From IMG/VR virus record IMGVR_UViG_3300015244_001400, positions 26,033-90,032 of that record: a stretch of 64,000 nt of DNA; one strand, written 5' to 3'. The DNA is from a virus (lineage: Duplodnaviria; Caudoviricetes). Below the pieces are notes generated by a model. The model had not been told where the DNA came from, made no database searches, and saw nothing but the letters and a program-made list of their open reading frames with translations. Of this stretch, positions 1 through 10,239 are shown in pieces (the stretch's first letter is position 1; each line of letters opens with the position of its first letter). Both the position numbers and the translations under genes were made by a program.

Positions 1-900
1 AACTTTCCTGTCCTTGAATTAAAAAGACAGTTAGAAATAGTAAAAGCTAAGAATCTCCACATGATTATGGGGACACCAGTTAAGTTATATTATGACTATG
101 ACTCTAAGAAAGTTAAAGCAGAACCTATATTAGATGGTACTGCTAATGTAATTTATAGACAAAAGCCTGACAATACTTCTTTAGAAGGATGTCCTGTTAT
201 ATATGAATACCCACCTGAAGTACCTATGAGAGGGGCTTTTAAAATAGGGTATGACCCTTATAGACAAGATAAAGGAACCTCTCTTGCAGCAGTCTATGTT
301 TATAAAAGTGTTATTATAGGAGACAGAACTAAAAGAATTATTGTTGCAGAATATGTAGGTAGACCAGGAGAAGCAGATGATGTAAACTATATTTGTAGAT
401 TATTTGCTGAACTATACAACACTACTATAATGCATGAGAATGAGGTAACACATGTTAAGGATTACTTCAGAAGAAGAAAACAATTACATTACTTAGCTTA
501 TCAACCTGATGAGGTTATTAAGAAGAATGTAAAAAACTCTAAAGTAAATAGAGTATATGGTTGCCACATGATTGACCAGCTTAAAGATGCAGGTGAAAAA
601 TATATCAAATCTTGGTTATTAGAACCACTAGATTTTGATGATGATGGTATGCCTATTAGAGCTTTAGACCAAATTTATTCTATTGGATTGTTGGAAGAAT
701 TGATTGGGTATAACAGAAAAGGAAACTTTGATAGGGTCATGGCTCTTATGCAGGTTATGTTTCAAGACCAAGAAGATTTACATGGTAAGGAATATCAACC
801 TAAAAGCAAAGGAAATGCTAAAGCAAAACAACTTTTAGAAATGATGAATACTGCCTATATGAAAAATAATGGTAGAAATGCATTACAATCATTAAAATAA
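1..900 (+). CDS. terL: Terminase large subunit, C-terminal nuclease domain (5'-truncated)
   Basis: Frame is open from position 1 (NFPVLELKRQ...), so the gene starts before the window. Motifs GYDPYRQDKGTSLAAVYVYK, HENE and GNFDRVMAL are typical of crAss-like TerL. Lies directly upstream of the portal gene. Confidence 0.9.
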   Translation, partial: NFPVLELKRQLEIVKAKNLHMIMGTPVKLYYDYDSKKVKAEPILDGTANVIYRQKPDNTSLEGCPVIYEYPPEVPMRGAFKIGYDPYRQDKGTSLAAVYVYKSVIIGDRTKRIIVAEYVGRPGEADDVNYICRLFAELYNTTIMHENEVTHVKDYFRRRKQLHYLAYQPDEVIKKNVKNSKVNRVYGCHMIDQLKDAGEKYIKSWLLEPLDFDDDGMPIRALDQIYSIGLLEELIGYNRKGNFDRVMALMQVMFQDQEDLHGKEYQPKSKGNAKAKQLLEMMNTAYMKNNGRNALQSLK

Positions 901-904
901 TTAT

Positions 905-912
905 TACTTTTG
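905..912 (+). promoter_or_regulatory. Bacteroidota-type -7 promoter element TACTTTTG
   Basis: Matches TAnnTTTG in the terL-portal spacer, 22 nt before the ATG. No clear -33 box. Confidence 0.45.
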
Positions 913-934
913 TAGATACTTATCCTTTAAGCAA

Positions 935-3349
935 ATGAATCAACCAGTTACACAACCTAAGTCATATTCTACTGAAAGACTCAGTAGAAAAGAAAAGGAG
1001 TCTCAAGACTTCCTTTGGTACAGAGAAAAGATTGACATGTATGATACTAAAGCCAACTTCTTATCTATTGGATATGGAGGGGTAAATGAGTATAAAAGAA
1101 TGAGAGTTAACTATGACTTGTTTAACAACATCATAGATCTTTCAGACTTTGCTTATGTGGCTAGTCCTTATGGTGCTGACCAAGGAGAGATGCCAGCTCA
1201 AATGGCAAATAGAGATATTTGTTCTTATAGAGTAAAAGCTCTAATTGGTATGGAAATGAAAAGACCTTTTGGGTATAGAGTAATTGCAACTAACAAAGAA
1301 GCTTCAAATAGGAAAGTAGAAGAAGAGACTAAGAGAATTACAGACTTTGTAGTTAACTCTATTATGGCTCCTATTCAACAACAAAAAGAAGCTGAATACC
1401 AAGCTCAAATCAAAGGGAGAAAATTAACTGAACAAGAGAATCAACAACTACAAGAAAAGATGGCTGCTGATATTGAGGCAGCTACTCCAGATAAAGTAAG
1501 AGCTTACATGAGAAGGGACCATAGAGACCCTGCTGAAGTTCAAGGACAACAAATTCTAAACTACCTTATTAAAAAATTAGATGCTAAAAAGAAATTTAAC
1601 AATGGTTGGAAACATGGTTTAATCTCAGCTTATGAAGTTTATTGGTTAGGAATAATCAATGGAGAACCTGCAATGAAAGTTGTAAACCCTGTTAGATTTT
1701 CTTGTGATAAGTCATCAGACCTAGATTATATTGAACAAGGTGAATGGGCTGCAGCTGAATATAGAATGCACCCATCTCAGATAGTTCAGACTTTTGAACT
1801 TACTGACAAAGAAATTGACACTCTTTGGAAAAATTATGGTCACCAAGTTACTCAAAGAATACATGATGATTTGTTTAATTTTGATGAGTATCTTACTCAC
1901 GAAGACAAGAATGCGGTAAGAGTATTACACTGTGTATTTAAAGGACTAAGAAAAATAGGTTGGTTAGATTATATTGACCAAGATGGTGTTCTTCAAACTA
2001 AGTTTATGGTAGATGAAAGCTACAAATTAAACAAAGATAATGGAGATGTAAAAATCAAGTGGGAGTGGATTCCTGAAGTATATGAAGGATACAAAATTGG
2101 TATGGATATCTATAAAGAAATGAGACCTATCCCAGGACAATTTAAAGATATGGATAATATCTATAAGTGTAACTTACCTTATTATGGAGCTATCTATGAT
2201 AATGTTAACTCTCAACCTACTTCTGTAATGGACAGAATGAAAGTATATCAGTACTACTATAATATAGTAATGTACAGATTAGAACTTCTTTTAGCTTCAG
2301 ATAAAGGTAAGAAAATTTTAATGAACATTAATGCTATTCCAACTGACTCTGGAATTGACCTTAAAAAATGGCAGTACTTCTTTGAATCTACTCCTTTCAT
2401 GTGGTACAATCCTGATGAAGAAGGTATGAATCAATCTGATGTAAATACTATTGCTAAGACTTTAGACTTATCTTTGGCATCTGATATTCAGAAGTATGTT
2501 CAACTTGCTGATTACTTAGAACAAAAATGTGGTAAGTCTGTAGGTATTACTGACCCTGTATTAGGGCAGACTTCTGTGTCTGAGAGAGTTGGAAATAACC
2601 AACAGAATCTTGTACAAACTTCTCACATGCTAGAACCTTATTTTGACTTACATAACTGTATTAAAAGAAATGTACTTCAAGGTCTTATTGATTTAGCTAA
2701 GGTAGCATATGCTAGTTCTGATAAGAAGAGTATAGCTTACATATTAGATGATATGTCTGTAGAAATGTTACAGATGGATATCAACTTATTAGATGAAAGC
2801 ACACTAGGTTTATTTATGGAAGACTCTTCTATGTCTGAAGAAATTAAACAGACTATTCAACAGTTGGCACATGCTGCTATGCAGAACCAAAAAATTGAAT
2901 TATCTGATGTTCTTAAAGTTATCAAACAAGACAGTATTCAAGAAGCTGAAGAAGCTTTACTTGTATCTGAAGAACTTAGAGGTAAAAGAGATCAAGCTAA
3001 TGCTCAAGCTCAAGAAAAAGCTAAAGCTGATATGGCTGCTAAACAACAAGAACATGAAAAAGAAATGTGGAGCCATGAAGCTGATATGATTGTTCTTAAA
3101 GAAGAAGAAAGAAGAAAAACTGTTATTCAACAACAAGCTATGCTATCTATGGGATTTGATGTAAACAAAGATCAAGACAATGATGGTATTCCTGATGTTC
3201 TAGAAGTAGCTAAACATGGTGTTGATGCTGAAATAAAAAGAGCACAGGTAGCTAATGAATCTAGAATGATTAGTCATACTATAGAGAATGACAAAGAAAA
3301 AAATAGACTAAAATCTAAAGAAATTGCTCAAAAGGGAGCAGGAAAATAA
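935..3349 (+). CDS. Portal protein
   Basis: 804 aa between terL and the capsid genes. Portal-like core (GLISAYEVY, WIPEVYEGYKIG, KGKKILM) and a coiled-coil C-terminus with a DxDxDGIPD motif. Confidence 0.88.
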   Translation: MNQPVTQPKSYSTERLSRKEKESQDFLWYREKIDMYDTKANFLSIGYGGVNEYKRMRVNYDLFNNIIDLSDFAYVASPYGADQGEMPAQMANRDICSYRVKALIGMEMKRPFGYRVIATNKEASNRKVEEETKRITDFVVNSIMAPIQQQKEAEYQAQIKGRKLTEQENQQLQEKMAADIEAATPDKVRAYMRRDHRDPAEVQGQQILNYLIKKLDAKKKFNNGWKHGLISAYEVYWLGIINGEPAMKVVNPVRFSCDKSSDLDYIEQGEWAAAEYRMHPSQIVQTFELTDKEIDTLWKNYGHQVTQRIHDDLFNFDEYLTHEDKNAVRVLHCVFKGLRKIGWLDYIDQDGVLQTKFMVDESYKLNKDNGDVKIKWEWIPEVYEGYKIGMDIYKEMRPIPGQFKDMDNIYKCNLPYYGAIYDNVNSQPTSVMDRMKVYQYYYNIVMYRLELLLASDKGKKILMNINAIPTDSGIDLKKWQYFFESTPFMWYNPDEEGMNQSDVNTIAKTLDLSLASDIQKYVQLADYLEQKCGKSVGITDPVLGQTSVSERVGNNQQNLVQTSHMLEPYFDLHNCIKRNVLQGLIDLAKVAYASSDKKSIAYILDDMSVEMLQMDINLLDESTLGLFMEDSSMSEEIKQTIQQLAHAAMQNQKIELSDVLKVIKQDSIQEAEEALLVSEELRGKRDQANAQAQEKAKADMAAKQQEHEKEMWSHEADMIVLKEEERRKTVIQQQAMLSMGFDVNKDQDNDGIPDVLEVAKHGVDAEIKRAQVANESRMISHTIENDKEKNRLKSKEIAQKGAGK

Positions 3350-3417
3350 AATAAGGCTATTATAGTTTAAATATAATAACTTCATTTTGAATATGTAATT
3401 AATTAAATAATTAAACT

Positions 3418-3425
3418 TAAATTTG
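3418..3425 (+). promoter_or_regulatory. Bacteroidota-type -7 element TAAATTTG
   Basis: TAnnTTTG match 8 nt before ATG 3434. Confidence 0.4.
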
Positions 3426-3433
3426 TCACAATT

Positions 3434-4600
3434 ATGAGTGGAATAGAGAAAACCATTGACCAATTTGCAGGCTGGGAAGATACATCACAGCAACATGACT
3501 TCTTCGGAGAAACAAATCTAGATGTAGATGTAATAGAAGCAGCTGTTAAAGATGATGTAACAATAGAGCAAGAAGCTGCAAAAGAAAAAGAAGAAAAAGA
3601 AAATCAAGAAGTAATTGATGATCAATTCAAGTCTTTTGAAAAAGATGCACCTAAAGTAGAAACTGATGAAAATGATTCAGAAGATAAAGGAGCACCAGCA
3701 GGTAAGAAAGAACCTGCAACTAATGTAAATAATAAACAGACTCTTGAGTTCTTAAAAGAGAAAGGTCTTGTTGATTATGAAGTAGAAGAAGGAAAAGAAC
3801 TTACTGAAGAAGAAGCTGAGAATTTAATTGAAGACTCTTGGGAGAAAGCATTAGAAGCTGAAGTAGAATCTACAATAAAAGATCTTCCTCAAGATATTAA
3901 AGACTTAATTAAGTTTGCTTCTAAAGGAGGAAATGTAGGAGAGTTATTAGGAAAGATGGTTCAACATGCAACTTCAGGTATTACTAAAAATAGTGATATA
4001 TCAAATGAAGATGTTCAAGTTCTTGCAGTAACTATAGATTTAAAAAATCAAGGTTATGATCAAGAATACATAGATGATCAAATTGAATTCTTAAAAGAAA
4101 AAGAAAAGTTAGAAGGTATAGCTAAAAAATCTTATAATAAGATTATAGCTGAACAAGAAGCTGAAACTGCAGGACAAGTTGAAAGACAAAAAGAAACTGC
4201 AGATTTAAGAAAAAAACAAGCAAGAGAATATAAGAGTAATATTACTACTCATATTAATGGCTTAGCAGAAACAAATGGATTACCTTTATCTAAGCAAGAT
4301 AAAATTAGTCTTCCAACTTATATCTCTGAACCTAATGTAGAATTACAGGATGGTAGATTTGTAAGTGAAATGCAAGCAGATTTGTTTAAGGTTATGGCTG
4401 ACAAAGACAAAATAGTTCTTTTAGCTAAACTATTAAAGACAGACTTTGACTTTAGTGCTATTGAGAGAAAGAAACAATCTCAAGCTGCAAGAGGGGTCAG
4501 AGAAGCTGTTGAAAGAGTAGACAGAAAAGAATTATCAAATTCAGAAAGTGGAGGTCACAAATCCAATAAAAAAGCCCTCTGGGATATGCTAGAGGATTAA
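3434..4600 (+). CDS. Acidic scaffold-like protein upstream of the major capsid protein
   Basis: 388 aa, very Asp/Glu-rich and helical. Occupies the conserved position between portal and MCP in crAss-like phages. Confidence 0.6.
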   Translation: MSGIEKTIDQFAGWEDTSQQHDFFGETNLDVDVIEAAVKDDVTIEQEAAKEKEEKENQEVIDDQFKSFEKDAPKVETDENDSEDKGAPAGKKEPATNVNNKQTLEFLKEKGLVDYEVEEGKELTEEEAENLIEDSWEKALEAEVESTIKDLPQDIKDLIKFASKGGNVGELLGKMVQHATSGITKNSDISNEDVQVLAVTIDLKNQGYDQEYIDDQIEFLKEKEKLEGIAKKSYNKIIAEQEAETAGQVERQKETADLRKKQAREYKSNITTHINGLAETNGLPLSKQDKISLPTYISEPNVELQDGRFVSEMQADLFKVMADKDKIVLLAKLLKTDFDFSAIERKKQSQAARGVREAVERVDRKELSNSESGGHKSNKKALWDMLED

Positions 4601-4631
4601 TCAATTATTACTAACTTTAAATTAAATCAAA

Positions 4632-6089
4632 ATGGCTACATTAGGAAGCAAGCTTCTCGTAAAAGAGATGGAGTGGAATGCCAACATGACTGAGCAATCT
4701 CATTTAGGAGCAGCTCTGATTGCTAAACCACACCGTATTATGGGGGAGATGGACAAATTGTTCTCGGCTCAAAACTATTATTCTGACAATCCAATGTCTT
4801 CTTTGTTAATGGGTAACTCTAAAACAGAAGAAACTATTGGTAATACAGAATGGGAATGGGAATTAAAAGGTGCAAACACTAGACCTCTAGTTGTTGTAGA
4901 AAATGTTGAAGTTGCTAGCAACTTGACTCCTGGAAAATTCAAAAAAACTTTCAAGATTAAACTTGATGAAAACTGGTATTTACCAGGGGATGTTATTATG
5001 CCAGGTACTTCTAACAAGAAATACCAAGTGCGTATTCAAAACCAAGGTGTTAAGCATGGTGATGGTACAGTTTATACTGTAAGAATGAACTCAGATGACC
5101 CACAAGCTTTTATGCCTGTGAAATATTTGAAACCAGGACAACAATGGGGTAAATTATTCTCTCAATATGAGGAAGCTGCTGAGCAATCAGGTTCAACTGT
5201 ATTCAGTTTGCCACTTGCTTTCAGAAACAGAATGTCTAAGTATCGTAAAGAATACAGAATCACTGACTATGCTTCAACTGAAGTATTGGCTGTAGCTATT
5301 CCTGATTCTAAAGGTGCTTACCACAATTCATGGATGCGTTATGCTGAAGTTGAATATTGGCAACAATGGTACAGAGAAGTAGAACGTGGATATTGGTATT
5401 CAAGATCTGCAGATACTGTATTAGGAGCTAATGGAAGACCAGTAAGAATGGGTCCTGGAATTCAAGAGCAATTAGAAGATTCTCATCAACATAGATATTC
5501 TCACTTAACTGCTAAGTTAATTGAAGAGTACTTACAAGATATTTTCTATTCTAGAGTTAAGCCAGGTCAAGGTCGTCAAATTAAAGGTTTCACAGGAGAG
5601 TATGGTATGTTACAATTCCATAGAGCTATCCAAGATTGGCAAAACAAATCAGGTTTCATTAAGAATGTTGAAGTATATACTAATAAAGTAGCTAGTTCAG
5701 TACACACTAATGCACTTGAAGCAGGTTACCAATTTGTGAAATACAACATGGCAAATGGTGCTTCTCTTGAGTTGATTCACAATCCTCTTTATGATGATAG
5801 AGAAATCAACTTTGAAATTGATGAAGTTACAGGTTTCCCAATTGAGTCTCAAAGAATTACATTCTTAGACTTCTCAGGAGAATCTAAAAACTCTAACATC
5901 AAAATCATGAACAAGAAAGATGGTTTTGCTTTCACTTATGTTGAAGGTATGTATGGTCCTTATGGTCCTAAAAATGGTGGTTCTTCTGCACACTCTGGTT
6001 CTTACTATGAAATGCACGTTGAAAAATCATGTGGTATCCATATCCATGACATCACTAAATGTGGAGAATTGATCTTATCTCGTAACTAA
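4632..6089 (+). CDS. Major capsid protein
   Basis: 485 aa with crAss-type MCP features (EWEWEL, G..MGPGIQEQL, LIHNPLYDD). Codon usage looks high-expression (CGT Arg, TTC, AAC). Followed by a terminator-like hairpin. Confidence 0.88.
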   Translation: MATLGSKLLVKEMEWNANMTEQSHLGAALIAKPHRIMGEMDKLFSAQNYYSDNPMSSLLMGNSKTEETIGNTEWEWELKGANTRPLVVVENVEVASNLTPGKFKKTFKIKLDENWYLPGDVIMPGTSNKKYQVRIQNQGVKHGDGTVYTVRMNSDDPQAFMPVKYLKPGQQWGKLFSQYEEAAEQSGSTVFSLPLAFRNRMSKYRKEYRITDYASTEVLAVAIPDSKGAYHNSWMRYAEVEYWQQWYREVERGYWYSRSADTVLGANGRPVRMGPGIQEQLEDSHQHRYSHLTAKLIEEYLQDIFYSRVKPGQGRQIKGFTGEYGMLQFHRAIQDWQNKSGFIKNVEVYTNKVASSVHTNALEAGYQFVKYNMANGASLELIHNPLYDDREINFEIDEVTGFPIESQRITFLDFSGESKNSNIKIMNKKDGFAFTYVEGMYGPYGPKNGGSSAHSGSYYEMHVEKSCGIHIHDITKCGELILSRN

Positions 6090-6108
6090 GATCCTTATAT
6101 AACTACTA

Positions 6109-6134
6109 AAAAGCTCCTGTAACAAGGAGCTTTT
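6109..6134 (+). terminator. Intrinsic terminator after MCP
   Basis: Perfect 10-bp inverted repeat AAAAGCTCCT-gtaaca-AGGAGCTTTT. Confidence 0.7.
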
Positions 6135-6192
6135 GGTGGTAAAGGGAAAAAGGTTTCCTAAAATAAGTTCAATAATTTAAAAAGAAAAAATT

Positions 6193-6996
6193 ATGGCATC
6201 AGTTAAAGTAGAAGTAAGACCTATTGAGTCAAAAAGATGGCACAACAAAGTAGGACAGGAGTCTTTCACAAGACCCAAAAAAATCCAGGCTTTGGTAGAT
6301 GGTAGCACAATGAAGTATGCTACAGGCCTATCAGACCAGGATATTAAAGATTTAGCTAAGAAAGGAATTACTTATGATTTGTCAGCAAATTATAATTCTG
6401 AAGCACCACACCCATTTTGGGATTCAGGTATGGCAATTATTAAATTAGAGAACAATACTATGTTCTTTGACTCAGACAATGCTTTAGACTTTATTAAAGT
6501 AAAAGTAATGAAAGCAAGTAAGTATGTTGCCAATTCAATGGCAGAATATGATTTAGGTATGTGGCCAGAAGCTACTCATGTTATTTTTGATGAAGCAGAA
6601 CAAGCATCAGTAATGGCTAGTAAAGTAGAGCAAAAAAACACAGCTATTATTGAAGCTTCTAAACTATCATTAGATAGAAAAGTACAATTAATACTAGTAT
6701 TAGGTGGTAAAAATATGAAGAATCAATCTGCAGACTTTGTTGCTGTAGAGTTAGATAAAATCATTACTAAAGATGCAAGTGAATTTTTAAGATATTTGAA
6801 TATGGATAAGAAACAAACTGCAGCACATGCACTTGTTTTAGAAGCTCTTCAAAAATCAGTCTTAAGAAAAGAAGGTCAAAGAATTTTCCACATGGATTCT
6901 CCATTAGGTATTGATGAAATTGAAGTTGCTGAGTATCTTTCAAAAGAAGAGAATCAAGATATTAAAATGTTAATATTGTCTAAGATTAATAACTAA
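6193..6996 (+). CDS. Conserved crAss-like virion protein downstream of MCP
   Basis: 267 aa clean ORF in the head module; assignment by position and general resemblance. Confidence 0.55.
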   Translation: MASVKVEVRPIESKRWHNKVGQESFTRPKKIQALVDGSTMKYATGLSDQDIKDLAKKGITYDLSANYNSEAPHPFWDSGMAIIKLENNTMFFDSDNALDFIKVKVMKASKYVANSMAEYDLGMWPEATHVIFDEAEQASVMASKVEQKNTAIIEASKLSLDRKVQLILVLGGKNMKNQSADFVAVELDKIITKDASEFLRYLNMDKKQTAAHALVLEALQKSVLRKEGQRIFHMDSPLGIDEIEVAEYLSKEENQDIKMLILSKINN

Positions 6997-7001
6997 GAGT
7001 T

Positions 7002-7703
7002 ATGACAACCAGGGAAATGCATTATGACTTCAAACAGAAGTTTAACAAGATAGATAGCCAAAAGAATAAAGGACTTTTAGTTCCTGAGATTGATTGGTTA
7101 TTAAATGAGGCAGCTGAACTATTTGTAAAAAGAGTAGCACAGCCTAAAGTTAATAATGGCCTTGGTTTTGAAATGTCTCAAAGAATAATTGATGATATTA
7201 AAAGTATTGTTATTGGAGGCACTTGGACTCCTGTAGTAAATAATGTAATTGCTCTACCTGCAAACTACTTATATTTTGTAAGATGCAGAGTAAAATTATC
7301 AAAAGGAAATTGTAAAGGAAAAGAAGGAGTTCTTGCCATTAATGAACACAATGAACTTTTTGAAGAGAGTGAATTTTATAGCAGCTCTTTTGAATGGAGA
7401 GAAGTTAATGGAGTTTATGAAACTCAAGGTATCCAATGTTTTACAGATGGAACCTTTACAATAGATGAAGCAAAATTGTCTTATATACGCAAAATGGCTT
7501 ATATGCATAATGCCCAAGATTTTGGTGCAGGAACTTATAACCATCCTTCAGGTGTTACCTTAACAGGTACTGTGAATTGTGATCTCCCAGACCACACCCA
7601 TAGGGAAATTGTGGATATAGCAGTTATGCTTGCTGCAAGTGAAGTGCAAACTTCAGACTTACAAAGTAAAATTGGTAAGTTAGGTTTTAATCAGATTGTT
7701 TAA
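7002..7703 (+). CDS. Head-tail ring / tail tubular-type protein
   Basis: 233 aa. N-terminal helix pattern EIDWLLNEAAELFVK and C-terminal LPDHTHREIVDIAV resemble crAss ring proteins. Confidence 0.6.
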   Translation: MTTREMHYDFKQKFNKIDSQKNKGLLVPEIDWLLNEAAELFVKRVAQPKVNNGLGFEMSQRIIDDIKSIVIGGTWTPVVNNVIALPANYLYFVRCRVKLSKGNCKGKEGVLAINEHNELFEESEFYSSSFEWREVNGVYETQGIQCFTDGTFTIDEAKLSYIRKMAYMHNAQDFGAGTYNHPSGVTLTGTVNCDLPDHTHREIVDIAVMLAASEVQTSDLQSKIGKLGFNQIV

Positions 7704-7720
7704 TTAAAAAACTAGAAATT

Positions 7721-8941
7721 ATGAGTAATCGTAACAATGACGTTTTTCAAGTATTACCTACAAGAGGTAATCAAGCTTTGGCTACAACAGGATCTACTGT
7801 AGATGCTTTATTGCCAGGGCAATTAGGAGTTTTTGATGCTAGCACAGGTTTAGCTTATGCTACTGCAGTACCTGCAGGAACTAAAGCAATTACTTTAGCT
7901 GTTGGTGTTGGTAATGGTTCTGTATTAACAGATATCAGAACTTCTGCTGGTCAATTCATCCAAACTAAAGGTATTACAGATTTAACTTTTAAACCTCATA
8001 CTGCAGGTAGACCTATGAAGGTTACTGTTGGTGGTTTTAAAGCTGAGTGTGATACTGAGTATGGAGTAAGAGTTGAATTCCGTAATGCAAAAATCAACAG
8101 AATCCAAGGATTTAACCAATTCAGCAAAGCTTATATGGTTACAACTCCTTGTTGTGATGATTGTGCTGGAGGATGTGGTTCATTAGATGCTAACGTATTA
8201 ACACAGTTATTTATAGCTAGTATTAATGCTGATGAAGCTAATTTAGTTTTAGCTCAAGCTGTTGCAAGACAAGCTTTAGTAGCTGCTACTCATGGAACTT
8301 CTGTAGACTACGCTGCTGGTGCTGTTATGACTGCTGCTGATGTTGCTGCTTTAATTGTGTTCAACAAAACAGCTTTAGAAGCTAATCAAGTATTTGCTGA
8401 TTTCCAATTAGTAAGTCAACCTTTAGCTATTGGTAACTATTGCTCAATCAACTTACATTACTACAAATTGTTAGAAACAGTTTTAATTGTTTCTTTAATT
8501 GAAGGTTTTGGATGTTCAGGAGCAACTACTGTAAATCAATACCCAGTATTTGAAGAAGGTAGTGGAATCAATATCCAACAAAAAGAGTACCATGCATCAG
8601 GATGGGCAGGTTCAGGACCTTACAAATTGTCTCAAGTAACAGGTATGGGGTATGAAAATATCAACTATCTTTCTGTAAAAGGAACTACTTATGATCAATT
8701 TATTGTTCAGTATAACCAAACTTCTGAATCAGGGTGGCAAGAATACAGTAACGTATTGAGTACTGTAATTGCAATCCCAGAAGCTGACACAGTAACTAGA
8801 CAAGCTGTTGCAACAGTTTTCAATTCTTTCTTATCAGGCTTAGGTTTTGATAGTTTAGTTGATGATGCTGCTGCTGCTAGTACTAATGCTGCTGTAGTAG
8901 AGCCAGAAGTGACTTCTACTGCTACTGATGGTATAGCATAA
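7721..8941 (+). CDS. Abundant virion structural protein (auxiliary capsid/decoration-like)
   Basis: 406 aa, Ala/Thr/Gly-rich, contains PCCDDC. MCP-like high-expression codon usage and followed by a strong terminator. Confidence 0.55.
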   Translation: MSNRNNDVFQVLPTRGNQALATTGSTVDALLPGQLGVFDASTGLAYATAVPAGTKAITLAVGVGNGSVLTDIRTSAGQFIQTKGITDLTFKPHTAGRPMKVTVGGFKAECDTEYGVRVEFRNAKINRIQGFNQFSKAYMVTTPCCDDCAGGCGSLDANVLTQLFIASINADEANLVLAQAVARQALVAATHGTSVDYAAGAVMTAADVAALIVFNKTALEANQVFADFQLVSQPLAIGNYCSINLHYYKLLETVLIVSLIEGFGCSGATTVNQYPVFEEGSGINIQQKEYHASGWAGSGPYKLSQVTGMGYENINYLSVKGTTYDQFIVQYNQTSESGWQEYSNVLSTVIAIPEADTVTRQAVATVFNSFLSGLGFDSLVDDAAAASTNAAVVEPEVTSTATDGIA

Positions 8942-8967
8942 GGAAACTTAAAATAAAGCTATTAGAT

Positions 8968-9003
8968 AAAACATCTCTATTTTTATAGAGATGTTTTTTT
9001 TAT
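8968..9003 (+). terminator. Intrinsic terminator ending the capsid transcript
   Basis: 13-bp perfect stem AAAACATCTCTAT-tttt-ATAGAGATGTTTT running into further T residues. Confidence 0.8.
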
Positions 9004-9007
9004 TTTG

Positions 9008-9015
9008 TATATTTG
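9008..9015 (+). promoter_or_regulatory. Bacteroidota-type -7 element TATATTTG
   Basis: TAnnTTTG immediately after the terminator and 19 nt before ATG 9035. Confidence 0.55.
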
Positions 9016-9034
9016 ACACTTAAAACACTTTCCC

Positions 9035-10237
9035 ATGGCCTTGAATTACACATACTTAAAATACAAAGATACATATACACTTGAAAATACAGGTACTGTG
9101 AATCTGACTTACCATGTTAGCAAAGTAACTTGTGAAGCAACTACTGAGATAAAAACAGCTGTAATGGTTCCTGGACAGATAACTACTTTAAGTTTTCCTG
9201 TTGATGGAGATTACTCTGTTTATCTAGAGTCTAGTACTCAAGTAGGAATGCCTTTTATCATCAAACACTATAATCACTTACTTATGTCCTTTATCAGTAT
9301 GGTAGAAGGAATTGTATGTGGATGCAGTAAGTGTGATGAATGTGAGGAGTGTAATAAATGTGAGGATTACCTTGGGACACTTTTAAAAGCACAAGCTTTT
9401 AATACTTTAAACTACCCTGTTTACCAAGACTATGTGAATCAAATAACTCAAGATTCTCTTTGTGTGTTTAGTGAAACAGTTCTATGTGGTTTATTACATG
9501 AAAAAGTGTATGGAAATCCTGAAGTAAAAGAGGCTATGTTGAGACTAATTAGTTTTTACTACCTAGCTTTTTACTATCAAGATAAATTTTTAGCTGTAGA
9601 TGCAGAAGAGAAAGCTTATGTTACAGAGAAATATAAGTTTGATAAGATAGCAGCATGTATGAGAAAGTTAGGTATTATACCTACAGACCCTTTATTCATG
9701 ACTACTACCACTACTACTCTTGCTCCTAGTACTACAAGTACTACGACTACTAGTAGTACAACTACTACAACTACACCTCCTAGTAGCACAACTACAACTG
9801 TGCCTCCTAGCAGTACTACAACAACAAGTAGTACTACAACTCAACCTACTACAAGTACTACAACTACTTTAGCACCTTGTGCTTTAGATGGTACTGCAGT
9901 GGAAGTAACAGGTACAACAACTAGCACAAGCACTAGCACAACTACTGCTCCAAGTACTACTACCTCAAGTTCAACAACTTCAACTACTACCACTACTGCT
10001 CCAACCACAAGTACTAGTACTACAACAAGTACAAGTACAACTACGGAACCTCCTTTAGAGTGTATTAGTTATACTTTAAATGCTCCTGGTGTTTCAGGAG
10101 AATATAATCAAGCAGAGTACATAGATTGTGCAGGACAGCCTCAAGTTATAGAAGCTCATGGATATGTTAATGCAACTTTCTGTGCAACTGAAATACTATT
10201 TGGAATGCCTTTTGCAAATGGTACAGGAGGCTGTTAA
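9035..10237 (+). CDS. Cys-rich structural-type protein with mucin-like Thr/Ser/Pro tracts
   Basis: N-terminal ~220 aa folded region (CGCSKCDECEECNKC). Then two T/S/P tracts (about 9701-9877 and 9908-10054) separated by CALDGTAVEV, and a small Cys-containing end domain. Confidence 0.7.
   Translation: MALNYTYLKYKDTYTLENTGTVNLTYHVSKVTCEATTEIKTAVMVPGQITTLSFPVDGDYSVYLESSTQVGMPFIIKHYNHLLMSFISMVEGIVCGCSKCDECEECNKCEDYLGTLLKAQAFNTLNYPVYQDYVNQITQDSLCVFSETVLCGLLHEKVYGNPEVKEAMLRLISFYYLAFYYQDKFLAVDAEEKAYVTEKYKFDKIAACMRKLGIIPTDPLFMTTTTTTLAPSTTSTTTTSSTTTTTTPPSSTTTTVPPSSTTTTSSTTTQPTTSTTTTLAPCALDGTAVEVTGTTTSTSTSTTTAPSTTTSSSTTSTTTTTAPTTSTSTTTSTSTTTEPPLECISYTLNAPGVSGEYNQAEYIDCAGQPQVIEAHGYVNATFCATEILFGMPFANGTGGC
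9701..10054 (+). repeat. Thr/Ser-rich low-complexity coding repeat
   Basis: Encodes runs such as TTTTTTLAPSTTSTTTTSS using mixed ACT/ACA/ACC/AGT codons. Confidence 0.9.
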
Positions 10238-10239
10238 AA